A stretch of 63,786 nt of DNA, counting the filler, from Choristocarpus tenellus KU-1152 (taxonomy: Eukaryota > Protista > Phaeophyceae): NCBI GenBank assembly GCA_964200185.2. It is 9 parts of 9 records of this genome, joined end to end, with 100 filler letters (N's around TTAATTAATTAA, not from the genome) between each part and the next. Parts side by side here need not be neighbours in the genome. Positions count along the whole stretch, not along the records: positions 46,027 to 56,206 come from CAXNAD020003097.1; positions 56,307 to 60,964 come from CAXNAD020013590.1; positions 61,065 to 63,786 come from CAXNAD020025308.1; 6 more parts are not named here. One strand, given 5' to 3'. A program made the translations under genes and the position numbers. Of this stretch, positions 51,336-63,700 are shown in pieces (position 1 is the first letter of the stretch; the number at the start of each line of letters is the position of its first letter). The notes below the pieces were generated by a model, which saw only the letters and a list, made by a program, of their open reading frames with translations, made no database searches and had not been told where the DNA came from.

Positions 51336-51591
51336 GAGCCAAAGTATCTTAGAGGGTAGACCCACGTCCATTTGGGGGGCAAAATCCAATGTTGCGATTT
51401 TGATATGATTTTGGCTATCGTGTTTGTTAGGAAGTGTCAATATCCTTGCTCCGGACATACCTTTTCATAACATACATTTTAGCTACTCCAAAATATTTTG
51501 GAGTAGGAAAATGTCATAAAAAAAACAAGGGAAGCCAAGCCCCAAATGGACAAACAGGGCAAAACTCGTACTCTCTAAGATACTTTCACTC
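51336..51591 (+). mobile_element. MITE family S, full copy, TSD CTAT, inserted in repeat family A
   Basis: CTAT|GAGCCAAAGTATCTTAGAGGGTA ... TACTCTCTAAGATACTTTCACTC|CTAT, with a perfect internal 24-bp palindrome at 51483-51506. Confidence 0.92.
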
Positions 51592-53523
51592 CTATCCGTA
51601 AACAATGTGACGGCACAATCCTGCAAAGAGCCAAAGCAAATGAAAGGTACACAGATTTTTTTCCTTTTTGCATTTTATGACTTGAGAGCGTTCATTTCTC
51701 TATTGTTTAATAAATTTGTAACACAATTCAGAAAATGATCCACACACACTTTTGAATAGTCGAATTTTGCACATATTTCTCTGCATCTTTAAAATGCAAC
51801 TCTGGGTACCTCTCGTTTGCTTTGACTCAAAGTCTCTTTCTGCAATACTACAAAATGACGCCATTTGTCCCTTTCTCGGGATCCTTAAAACGCCAACACT
51901 GCCTACCTCTAAGTGGATTTGGTCCAAACCTGTATGATATGTTAGGTATGTGATATCAAACAGGTCTTGCAGTATAGCATCCTTTAAAAGACCTGTGTAA
52001 TCTTTAGGTTTGACCACATTTTACCGCAGTATGTCTTAACACTTTTATTTTGTTGAACTCATCTTGCTGCTCTTGTTCTACTGCAGAGTGCCCATGGCCC
52101 TTGTCGTACTCCATACTACATTTTTCCTTTTTCCAGTTGTTGAGTGACACCACCTGTATCGCCTCTGCAGGGCCTGTTGTGTGTATCAGACACTGGCCTT
52201 GTAAAGTTCTGCTGCTTGAAATCTACAATTTGCATGCTCCATACTTTAATTTATTACCCTGGCAATGTTTGCTTCGAATTTTTACTCGGAACAATAAAAT
52301 GACCTCATTAGCATCCATTTCAATGATCCATTTTGTTGTTTGTCCTCAGTCGTTGGCATATGTATGCCTCCAGTTGTTTGGTTACTATATATCTCAAGGC
52401 CTAATACAAACTCATTATCTGATGGAGACTGCACCGTAGCAAAGCACAATTATTTCTTGAGTCTTAAGGGCTTTTGGAAGGCTGGTCGTTTATTACATGG
52501 TTGTTATGTATGTGTGTGTGTGTCGTTTTGATTTCTTTGCCAAAGAGAGCGCTGAAAAAAGTGTAGGAGGAAGCACCTGCTATTTCATCCTCCCCAGAAA
52601 CGACTCCAGAATACCATTGGAGCTGTAGCAAGTTCTGCTACCAATTCATTGCCAGCACTAGGGGAGATGAAGCAGCTCAGTCCAATAACTCTCTGGCCAT
52701 TAGGTTACACTATATTAACCTTACTCCAATATACCTCAGTGTACATTGAACGTACTGAGTACTTTTTTCTCCATTCCACCAAAGACTCGTGACCACTGGA
52801 CAAGATAAGTGCTGCATATTTTAAAATAAGGTAAGGAATAGTTGCATTAAACTATATTGGACCCTTTCTTGAAGAGCTCTGTTATTGTCAGCTCCAGCAC
52901 AACAATATTTCCCTTATTTTGTACCACTCCTCCTCCTAGCTTGGCTGCAGAGTCCCACCTACCTGGGTTTACATGTCCCCACTACTCCTGACTCAGCCAA
53001 TACCCACACAATTTACATTCCTTTCAGGTTTTGGACGGATTCATGGATTAAACCTTACTGGAATTGTAGATCCACATTCTTGGTCGTAAACACATACTGT
53101 GAAGCAGATCATATCGATGGCACCTGTCATTGTCTATTCACTTCTGGTTAAAGAATTACCCTTGTCCACCTGAATAAGCACATGCCTTCTTGGGCTTACT
53201 GAGTTGATTTTGGCAAACCAACCGTGGTGATGGTGTTGACCAACTTGCCCCAAATGATATCCTCAATATCCATGCATATGGCTATAATTACTTACAATCA
53301 AAATGGTCTCAGGCCAATCAACTATTGAGCCTCGTGCTCCTTCTGCCCTTTGCAAGGTCAAAATTCTCCGGGATTTGATTTAGTAATGAAACTCACATTG
53401 ATCTGTAGTGTACTGTCTATACCAAGCAAGCAAATGGTGAAGAACTCCAGAGTCCCTACCAATAAGAAGCACTTTGCCTTACAAAACCCAATCACAACAT
53501 GGCTCACAACATGACTGTCACTA

Positions 53524-54060
53524 TTGGAGTGCAATCACACAGCAAAGCATTGTCCACCATTCCACACACAGGGGCTTTCCCGTACTGACCCGGTCACAGC
53601 AGGAGGCCCAATGGTACATAGAAACATGCTCCCACGAGAAAGTATCAAGCACACAGCGCATGGGATAGATGAACAGGGGATACCTAGGAATAACTGGGGG
53701 AATGTGAGGCACAAGGTAGAAGATGCTGTGTGTTTCAAGCCAAAACCGAACCTTTCATTTAATTCTACCATGGCATCACGTACAAGATTTGTTCCAGGTC
53801 AAGAAATGCCACAGCAAGATCTCAGACTGCATGCTGACTACAGTGTTACCAATATTGGTTTTAGTGGTACAAAGAGCGAACGGCAGACTCAGATTGAGGA
53901 GGACAACAGAGATGGGTATATCAAAGCAGCTCTAGCCGCACAAGCTGCAGGAGAGCCCACCATGGCTGAAACACATAACTTTCGCTTTAAGTACCCACAT
54001 ACACTAGGACGCCTCAAGGCCTTAACACATGTGCGTGATGGGAGTGGTACGATGCATTGA
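53524..54060 (+). CDS. Probable terminal exon of a hypothetical protein
   Basis: A 178-codon open frame with protein-like composition and a candidate CAG acceptor at ~53540. No family was recognised. Confidence 0.4.
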   Translation: MECNHTAKHCPPFHTQGLSRTDPVTAGGPMVHRNMLPRESIKHTAHGIDEQGIPRNNWGNVRHKVEDAVCFKPKPNLSFNSTMASRTRFVPGQEMPQQDLRLHADYSVTNIGFSGTKSERQTQIEEDNRDGYIKAALAAQAAGEPTMAETHNFRFKYPHTLGRLKALTHVRDGSGTMH

Positions 54061-56377
54061 AAGTGTGTGATTTCATGTGTGATGGTAACATTACTTCTGT
54101 TGCTATAGGCATCGTGATGTATGGATCCTCACCAACAGCTTGATATCGCTGCATAGACACTATTCTCTGACTGTCCCTTCAGATATGAGACCTTCAGATT
54201 GATGGTTATATCTTTTGGACACGCTATGAAAACCTACTTGTTGAGCACGTAGTGATGAAGATGATTTGAAATGTAAAGAGAAAGCTTGAAAGGAAAGGTC
54301 TTGGTCTACATTTCAACCTCTCATATAATACACTACGGCACAGTAACAGTGAGGGGTACTCGCAGCAAGATAAAGAGACGGAGACAGAGACAGGAGAGAG
54401 ACTTCTGTACAATAAATACTGCTGTCTCTTGTTCCTTTTGGTAAATAAGGATGGGTACCTTACCTTGCCAGCAAGGCTATCCCGGCCAGTACATTGGTGT
54501 GTTTTTTTTTTCCACTGTACGATAACGGCTCCTCACTAATATAGTTTGTTTCTTATAGTGTTTTCATACACACAATACGGGCCTGAGCTGAGATTTCTGT
54601 TGGAAAAATAAACACGCAACAACTGGACAAGGACATTGTGCATTGGGTGTCGTGAAAAGTGAAAAGCTCTATCAATACTAAAATAAGAAATCAAATGAGC
54701 GCCGCTTTGAAGTATGCTGGGGACTGTCCTGAGTGTGTCCACTTCGTACTATACAGGGCAAATACACATGCAAGATACTTCTTCTTTTGCCCGACCTGCA
54801 CGATGCGTCTGTAGTACTGCAGACACATATTCTATATTTTACCCGAGAGCATGTACGCTAGCATCACTGGTATTGTTGGAGACAGTAGGATACTCTGCAG
54901 TACGACACCCAGAGCAGGTACAAAAGGAACTTGCTTGCGTCTTCCTGCATGTGCACCTTCATTCACGTCATTGGAAAGTCAACAAATTGACTCTGAACTC
55001 TAGTCCCTTGTAATATATATTTTTCGTTTTGTTTTCTTCAAGTGGACACGCTAATTATTCCTCTGATAGGAATTCCAGTGCCCAGTTTAATTAAGTATTC
55101 CACCCACTGTAAGACGAATTGAGGACGTGGATCGATGTGGATGCAATAGCCGCCTCTGTTCGGACAAAGTAATGGGTGCGGTGTTATCACTGTAGTACTC
55201 CGAAATACTCTGTACCATATATATCGGCAAGGATAGCATGGCTTATTTTCCATGTTCAAGACCAAGAATACTATTTGGATGGGGCAACACTGATGCGTGA
55301 TTCCTGCCTGTCATCATCTTTTACATTATTGTATCAAAACAAAGGTACAAAAAATATACATACAAATTGTGACTGTACTTTAGTGTTTTGTTTGACTGCG
55401 TAACAACACTTTAGACGTCCTTACAAATACAGATAATGCTGACTGTCTAATGCAAACAGTAGCAACACCCAGTGAACTGTCTAGGATATATAGTATGTAC
55501 ACTCAACCCCCCCTCCCAAAAAATGGAGGTTTTTTTCCTTGCCTATCGTAATTGTATATGCAGCAGTCTCACTACCTGTGAAAGTATTTTGTTCTTACCA
55601 TAAATTATGGTCCTGTCTTTGGAAGCATATTCAGGTCTTACATAATTTGTTCCTGTTCCTGTTACAGAGAATTTGTGTACTACAACTATGGCTCGATTTC
55701 AACATGCATAATCTTTCTTCACCATAAGTGTGTATACCAAGAAACAATGAGTTCAAAAAATATTCTGGAGTATATTCTATGAAACACCCACAAGGCTAAA
55801 CGTCAGACTCCTGTGCATGTAGCGCTCCAGTAAAGCAGAGTTGTCGGGATACCTTTGTACTATAGCGCAAAGTGCGATATATACGTAGCAATCAGTTATA
55901 TCGGGTCTTATTTCTCTCCCCTCCATTCTGTTCGTCTCCCTCCCTTTTTCGGTGCAGACTAGCAACCATAATTCACCTCATCCAACTTGAAATAGCAGAA
56001 AGCAACATGGGAAAACTTTACCACAGACAGTGGGTTCCGTCTCTAAAAGCAGTTGATACAGATATGGTGTAAAATAATCGTAATATACAGTATTATAATA
56101 CAAACATTAGAAGCAAACTTGTGAGCAATTTTTATCCAATACTTTTCTTGTGGACGTTATCACAGCACCCTGAAACAGGGGATTCGAAAAATTGAGGATG
56201 GCACGGNNNNNNNNNNNNNNNNNNNNNNNNNNNNNNNNNNNNNNNNNNNNTTAATTAATTAANNNNNNNNNNNNNNNNNNNNNNNNNNNNNNNNNNNNNN
56301 NNNNNNGGCAGATAGTGAGCCTCTCATGATGCCCCTTGTACAGAAGTCAGGAGGGAACGGAGATGGATTCTAAAGGA

Positions 56378-56460
56378 GCTACGGCTAGGGCTAGGGTTAT
56401 GGCTAGGGCTATGGCTATGGCTGGGGATACGGCCAGAGTTAGGGTTTGGTCTACGGTTAG
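56378..56460 (+). repeat. Degenerate TTAGGG/CTAGGG-like hexamer tract
   Basis: CTACGG CTAGGG CTAGGG TTATGG CTAGGG CTATGG CTATGG CTGGGG ... TTAGGG TTTGGT. Confidence 0.65.
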
Positions 56461-56544
56461 TCCTGATTATGAGAAATTTTGTAGAGACAGCATCCATTCC
56501 AGTTGATTGCATTAGTCGTTCATGTTTTATTCGTGACGGCACCT

Positions 56545-56658
56545 GAGTAAACGTAACTTAGAGGATAGAGCCACGTCCGTTTGGGGGCCAAAATCCAATG
56601 TTGCTATTTTAATGAAATTTTGACTATCGTGTTTGTACCCTCTAAGATACTTTCACTC
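56545..56658 (+). mobile_element. MITE family S, internally deleted 114-bp copy, TSD ACCT/ACTT
   Basis: The left ~90 bp is joined directly to the right TIR GTACCCTCTAAGATACTTTCACTC. Confidence 0.8.
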
Positions 56659-56998
56659 ACTTGCAGCAAAATCAAAAATATCTCTCTCACAGTAGTACCT
56701 TATGTATGTTTTGTAGGAATGTGTGGAGATGACAATGCACTATACCTGAGTAATACAGTGCAGTAAACATCACCAAGGTACGTTTGCGTATTTGAGTAGT
56801 GGTTGGTTGCCGTTGTTACCCTGCCCCTAACAATGACCACCCCCGTCTTTCGCCTGTTTTGTGAACTGTGATAACCAGCTGGTCGAAAGAGAGATCTCAA
56901 ATGTAACAAAAAATGTTGTCTATTGAGATTCTGCGGACTCAACGTAGAGGGTCCGAGCATGTCCACAGGTCTCCCGTCTGATATTTTGGAGATATTGT

Positions 56999-57133
56999 GA
57001 CCCAAAGTATCTGGGAGGGGGGNNNNNNNNNNGTATCCATTCGATGTATGTCAACCAAATCACCCAAAAATCACAACATGAAAAAGTTGACCTCAAATGG
57101 ACAGCCGCCACCTCCTCCCAGATACTTTGAGCC
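56999..57133 (+). mobile_element. MITE family B, both ends present (10-N gap inside); inverted partial copy at 57650-57750
   Basis: GACCCAAAGTATCTGGGAGG ... CCTCCCAGATACTTTGAGCC. The stretch 57650-57750 matches the reverse complement of 57033-57133. Confidence 0.8.
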
Positions 57134-57949
57134 TGTGATGCGGAGAGTTTCACTCGTACATAGTGCGTTATCAGCCAACGACTTGCCGATACTACAATGC
57201 ACACGCTAACAACACACACGAAAGGCATCCTGATACTTTAAGCATTTCAAATACCTTGGCAGGGGTTCAAATGTATCTGATGACACACACATGAAACTAT
57301 CTTGTCATAGTCAGGCCGCCGGATTCCACACATTGCATGTACGTATTAGAGAGGAGGAAGACGACCAACCATATATATATCATGACGTCGTTCCCCCTTA
57401 TACCATCCATAAGCTGCATTGAAGTATGTATATTGAATCACAGCAACCACCATGTTGCGCAGAAGTACTTGGCATTAGGGTTGATGTTACTGGGTACGGC
57501 TCATCATCTTGTGAATCCTGCGAAACAGCATCCATTTTCGTAAGAGGAGAAAACCCCCTACAACACACCTGTCCCTGCAAAATACAATGCGGGCATGCAC
57601 ATACAACAATATCTGTGGACAAGAATAAACTCTCGATTCTCTATCTCAAGGCTCAAAGTATCGGGGGGGGGGTGTGCCAGCTGTCCATTTGGGGCCCACT
57701 TTTACATGTCGTGATTTCTGTGTGATTTGGTTGCATGCGTCGGATGGATAATGTAAGTTTGCTTCTCCTGGTCAGGTCCCGAATAGATACCCTGCTGTTC
57801 GTTAAGACATAGGCTACTCGTTGGATTTGTTTTGATATGATACAGTATCGTCAGTCGTTACTGAATATTGATTTGTCAATTGTAATGGTTCTCACTTACC
57901 TCATAAGCTCCTCATCACAACACCATCAATCACCTTCAGAACACCACAG

Positions 57950-58350
57950 TACAAAGTAAGCATAAAGAACAGTTGTTTCCTATCATCCATACAGTCATAC
58001 CATGTGTCGCATCAGTTCCCTCAGATATTTCTTCATTGTATTTTCCATTCTTCTTCACACCGGAAGTTGCGAGTTGCATATCATGTGTTGATCTCTATTT
58101 TTCTTGACTGGCATTGCCCCATCATAAATCATCATGCTCACTGTGCAATAGGTGTACAAAACACACGCCGGGATGCAACTTATCCAGAGAGTTCAAAACA
58201 TCCTTTGAAACACTTCTCAGCTAAGGCGACAAGCCTCTTCACAGGTCATGTATTTCTTCATTTTTGGTCATCTCAATGAACGATCACACATTTCACATCA
58301 ACCGTAGCCTGATAAAATAAAACATGCCGTCAGACGCACCAGAATGAATT
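57950..58350 (-). mobile_element. Possible Copia protease/pre-integrase relic
   Basis: IHSGASDGM (cf. IDSGASxHM) followed by weak GAG-pre-integrase-like remnants. Confidence 0.3.
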
Positions 58351-59183
58351 ATTCACAGGTGTTTTGTTGCTCTATGACACACACCTTTCTCTAAACGTCC
58401 TAGTCGCAGCATAACAAAACACACTTTCACATCTACCATTGTCTGATTGAGTAAAACTTGTCATCAATCCTACCAAAACAAATTCAACGGTACTTTGTTG
58501 CACTATGATACCCTTCGTAACAAACTAGACATAGCACAACAATGCACAACACATAACGAACTCAGGTTTCAACAGTGTTGACCCCCACTCTCCCCTAGAT
58601 GCTTTGAGTCCGATCTGTTGTACGTTTCATACATATATGTATGTGTTTGTACAAATATATCTGTTTGTACTGGGCTTGTTGTACGTACCCACCATCTCTA
58701 TATTGTGTATCCACAACAATAATAGCTGTATAGCAACTGGTGTTCCGTATATGAACAATGCAAAAACTTCACGTACGTGATGAGCAGGTAATCTCCTCGC
58801 TGGTTGTCAACTTCTTTGACAGGTGATACCAATACTAACATAAAAAGCACCTTTACATGAATGGAACACACCAAAAACATACTACAAGCGAATGTGACAT
58901 ACTTTTCACAATGCCCATTTAACAAACAATAACAAGCACTTCCGCATTTCTTTTTGCATATCAACACAAACACACATACTCTAAATATTTACCTACAAAA
59001 TATCATAGATCATACAGTAAACTACCAACCAAAAGTGAATAAAGTAAGAGAAAACCCCCCCATCAAAATGAGACCCAAACGGGACATCTTATACCCCGAC
59101 CGTGTTCTAGTACTTGCAGTACGGTTTCCTAAAGTCTAGGAGTCAACAAGGTTACATGTTGTGAAGTAGTAGCAGGCATATTT

Positions 59184-60964
59184 TGTTCGTAGATAGTGCT
59201 GCTGGGACACTATAGATACCATTGGTGGAGTAGATTAGGAAATGCAGACACCACNNNNNNNNNNTTTCAGTTGGGCTCTACACAACGTTAATGTATGGTA
59301 GTTCATGTATGGTAGGGACCTGATATTTGATCAGTGGATATATCATGTATGGCACGTGTGATAAGTAGATATGATTATTTTCTGATAATCCATGTGGACG
59401 TTGCAAATCCCACATGGTAGGCTGCACTGGTCTTACCCACCTTCTCAGTCAGCGGAATCGAGACCACAAAGACCCTTGTAATACTAGCATCGTTTATCTA
59501 CATCAAGCTGTTCTTTGTCCTTAATTAAAGCACCATAAAAGCCGCGGGTCCAGTGTGGGATAGTTCAACATATTTATCTAACCACCCAAGCCCTTTGAAC
59601 CAATATGGAAGTGCAGAAAATACAAAACAAAGGAAAAAGGAGTGTGTACATTACATATCTACCATTTATTATGCCATCCACACACCCTCCAAGTAACCGC
59701 TCACCGCAAAACATCATAAAAGGATCAGATGATAATGCGACGACTTTAGGTTGGCTGGGCTTCTAGAACTCATCAAACAGGTACACATATCCTTCAGTAT
59801 AGTAGTCCAACGCCTGGACACACAGTCAACACAATCAATTGTCACACAGCATCAGCACATACACAAAGGTCAAAGTCTTTAGGTCGCCTTTGCGAGGGCC
59901 TGTCATAGTGAGGGCTTCAGGTAGTGGGAGTGGTCCTAACTGAAGGCAATCCAATTGCTTCTGTTAGCCTGTGACCGGACTATGTATTGAAGAATATCAC
60001 AACTTACTACGAACATATCACAAATATTACGGGACATACAATTTCCCTTTTCAAGTTACATGTGTTACAGCATTCACTACTACACATAGTCAGTCCTAAC
60101 CCTAACCATTATGAAACCGTTGCAATAATCACCAATACCCTTCACAACCTTGAGCCATTTACACAACAGTGATCGTAGGCTAATGAGGCTGTTACCTCCA
60201 CGAATTATGAAGTTCGAGCCCAATCGTTGCCACACTTAATTTCAATGGAAATCTGTTTCCGATTTCTCAAACTCCACACCGCAATCACTTCACATTGTGT
60301 ACCAATACTACTATTATCCTATATTATCTGCTCTGGAGACTCCCCGACCTGTTGTCATAGAGTGAAGACAGTAATCATAGACAGGAATAAATTAGGGCTC
60401 TGGTATTTCCTGGATTGGTCATGATTTCTGCTTGCTAGAAATTGCCGGGATTGGCAGGACGGTATGATGCTGATCAATCGTTGAAGGGATAATATATATA
60501 CATGTACATATTTCTGAAATGATGACAACAATTTCATCCACACAGGGCAGTATCAGTAGTTACAACGTATATGCATATAACTATACTTCAATACTCAAAC
60601 TTTAGATGTACAATTTGTACCCCATATAACATCAAATACAACAATACAGATACAACCATGAAGTGCTCACTCATCACACATGGTCCAATATCTATGTATC
60701 ATCTTGATATTCATCTCAGAATGACCCACCGGCCACACCTCTGCACCCATCATAGACCAGTTCCTGTCGTTGAACTGTCTATATTTCAATTGAATTCTCG
60801 AGACCTGACCATAGGTTCGAGCGTGGCACTAGAATTGGCTGGTGAAGGCCAACACGTGATCGCGGGAGCTTTCTGGAGCTTGGAGTAAAGACAGCTGTTC
60901 GTAGATAGTGCTGCTGGTACACTATAGACACCATTGGTGGAGTAGATTAGGAAATGCAGACACC
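59184..60964. mobile_element. Possible small non-autonomous LTR element (TG-starting direct repeats)
   Basis: 69-bp direct repeats at 59184-59252 and 60896-60964 (67/69 identical). Both start TGTT and both run into assembly gaps. Confidence 0.45.
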
Positions 60965-61759
60965 NNNNNNNNNNNNNNNNNNNNNNNNNNNNNNNNNNNN
61001 NNNNNNNNTTAATTAATTAANNNNNNNNNNNNNNNNNNNNNNNNNNNNNNNNNNNNNNNNNNNNCAATTTTGGGTCAAGCCCATCCTCAATGAAAAGCTC
61101 CATCCTCAATTTTTGAAATCGGCTGTTATGTGGAGATAATGAAAGACTAACACAATTATTTCATACACATTTGACTCACACATACACACGCAGTCGCGCC
61201 CACCCACCCACTCCCTCCACACACACCATTTTGTCGCCGAAACAACAATAGGGTGCTGAAGGATGAACAGCATGTGTAGTTGTTTGTTCCTTTCTTAAAC
61301 CTGTTTTTATAATCGCTAGGCGAGGGCATGCACAATACATTTGACAGACATTCAGAGAGAGTCTCCTTCTGTAATTAGGATGCTGCCTAGTGAGGAGTAG
61401 GGTGAGGGAGTGGGCCTGTTTGTTCTCCTAAGCGTAGAAGTTTTCTGCTGAATAATTACAGCATGTCTATTGTGTTGACTGTGGTGATGAGCACGCAAAA
61501 AAAGAGGTATCCCTAACTCATCAGTGGGTGGGATGGTGAAGCTTGTTTAGGATAAGAGATAGGGTTAGGAACGAGTGCTTGGTGAGGATGCAAATAGGAG
61601 GTCGCGCGTAGGGTAAAATATTCCTACGGTCAGGGTTATGTCGTGATTTGAAGTCATGCTGAATGTGGAAAAAGGAAGTATCGTTTAAAGTTGTTCTGCA
61701 GTACTCTTGGGCTTGATTTGGTAACGTCTGCTGGATACTATTCAACTGGAGGTCTGTTG

Positions 61760-62384
61760 TCGCCCTCCAAAATCGCTGGAAGGTACAATTCCCAATGCAG
61801 GTTATTTTGCAGCCAGTTACGACGGACTTGATCTTTCGATGGACGCTACACCAACAAGCATTCAAGAAAAACTTGGAGTTATAAAAAATATATAAGACAA
61901 ACGCTAAGTCGCTGGGGTCAAGATGATTCCTTCGCTTGCTAAGAAGATTTGAAAGGAGGGGGCTGCTGCTGTAACTTTCTTTGTGGCCCAAATAATGAGG
62001 ACTCTGGTATGAAGCCACCGATTGCAATAGGAGTTCCACATCTTCACAACACTGCTCCTCATTCATGTTGTGTCCGTGTTTCAGGAGGAGTCATCAATGA
62101 GGCCAGTTTGATGGATTCACTCACACAATTATTTTGTGTACTACGCTTTTTAGGTGAAGGCCTCCAAGACGCTCACTTTAGAACGAGCTCCGGGCGTGCT
62201 TACATTGCACCTGAAGAAGCAGTTCTATTTTCATCCTGAGCTTGGGCCGTGCAACCTCTCATGGAGAGTAAGGTCGGTATTTCAAGCGGGTGTTGTCGTG
62301 TACCTATCTATGGATAGCCAGGGAAAACTGACCACTTGTTTTGTTGGCTTACGAAGCACAGCACATAACCTGGCTCAAACTTAA
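61760..62384 (+). pseudogene. Degenerate ubiquitin-specific protease (peptidase C19) C-terminal half
   Basis: SYDGLDLSMD (61815, cf. F.DLSL), SLMDSLTQLF (62105), ASKTLTLERAPGVLTLHLKK (cf. A.K...P.VL.LHLKRF) and AGVVVYL....GKL (His box with catalytic His lost). Confidence 0.6.
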
Positions 62385-62849
62385 GTGAGTGCCTTTTCCA
62401 AGTGTTGTTGGTGCTGCTCATACTACGACACACACTGTGTACTTCTTGGTACACAAGACCTCTAAACTGTACTATTACGTACCACTCCGGAGTACTTCGA
62501 AGTACATCCTAATTATCGAATAACTCGAGCAGCATGCTTCATTTTTCTCTCCTATGGTCTTGTAGTGGTTACCCGTGGATTGTGGTGCAATTCCTTCAGT
62601 TTTACCGCACCTCCTCATACCATCATACAGAACACAACACTCGAAGTGCGCACATGTCCTTTGTTCTCCTCAGCAGGTCTTTGAGATTCATCATTACGCA
62701 CACCTACCTACATGTTGCTTTGCACCCACAGCATGCTACATGTTCTACTCTTCGATGTAGGTACCCAGACAAATAAAACGGTTTTGTGAGTCTCGCTCAC
62801 AGGTTTATTAACAGTGCAGATTTGAGTTACGTTATATTATTGTGATATT

Positions 62850-63700
62850 ATGGAGAAGATGGATACGAAGAGGAAATTATGAACGATGGAACAACCTGTT
62901 ACATGGATGAAACGGACAAGCCTAACTATATTGAACATGCCCAAGTTGGGCCTACTCCAAGAAACGAACATCAAGCATAAGCCAGGAGCAACACTACACC
63001 CTCTTAAAATTGTAATAACAATAGAACACACAGGACACGTCTTTCGGTGAGAAGATGAGCTGGAGTAATCCGACTTTATTGATTGGACCTGCAGCAAGCT
63101 ACACTACCTCGAAAAGGAATCTGGTTTACCTCATAGAGCGATACTAAAAATTGCAACCATGGAGCACAATTTCTTAGATGCTCTACACCAATACTGCGTG
63201 GTATGATAAGCATAACGAAGCTCGAATATCTGTGCACCTCTTTGGAACAATGGTAACCGCATATCCTTCATCGCCAACACGATAACATGTTCCTCCTGTT
63301 ATCTTTATATTATCGAACTAGCAGCCTTAGGATGGTAGGATGAGCATCAGATATGCCAATGGGTACGATCAAATCCAACCATCATAGTTGTTCGAGCAGC
63401 ATAAACTTTAGTCCCTTAATGTCATGCCAATCAAATATGGGGATCTTAACAAAAAAAACGCGGAAATCTATCACCACGATGAGAACTCTGGGTTTGAAAT
63501 TTCCATCTTTGGAACCCTATGGTATACAGTATGCAACAGAGCCTTGGCTGCAGGTCCACCCGGGGAACAACCCAGCACCTTTTGATACACCTCTCGTATC
63601 AGGGGGTTGCTGCCACAACCAATTCCACCCTCAGCATGATGATCATCTTTGGCTGCCATCACAACAGACACTTCATCTACTCGAGATCGCATATCTCGTG
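62850..63700 (-). mobile_element. Possible Copia gag-protease relic
   Basis: PEFSSW**.FPRF (gag N-terminal-like) and ILRGCSVAPGL (cf. L.DV..VPGL). Weak. Confidence 0.25.

Noticed and set aside
13225-61064. Regularly recurring TTAATTAATTAA motif as a biological repeat or CRISPR-like array
   Set aside because: It is always embedded in 44+44 Ns and is an artificial all-frame-stop contig linker.
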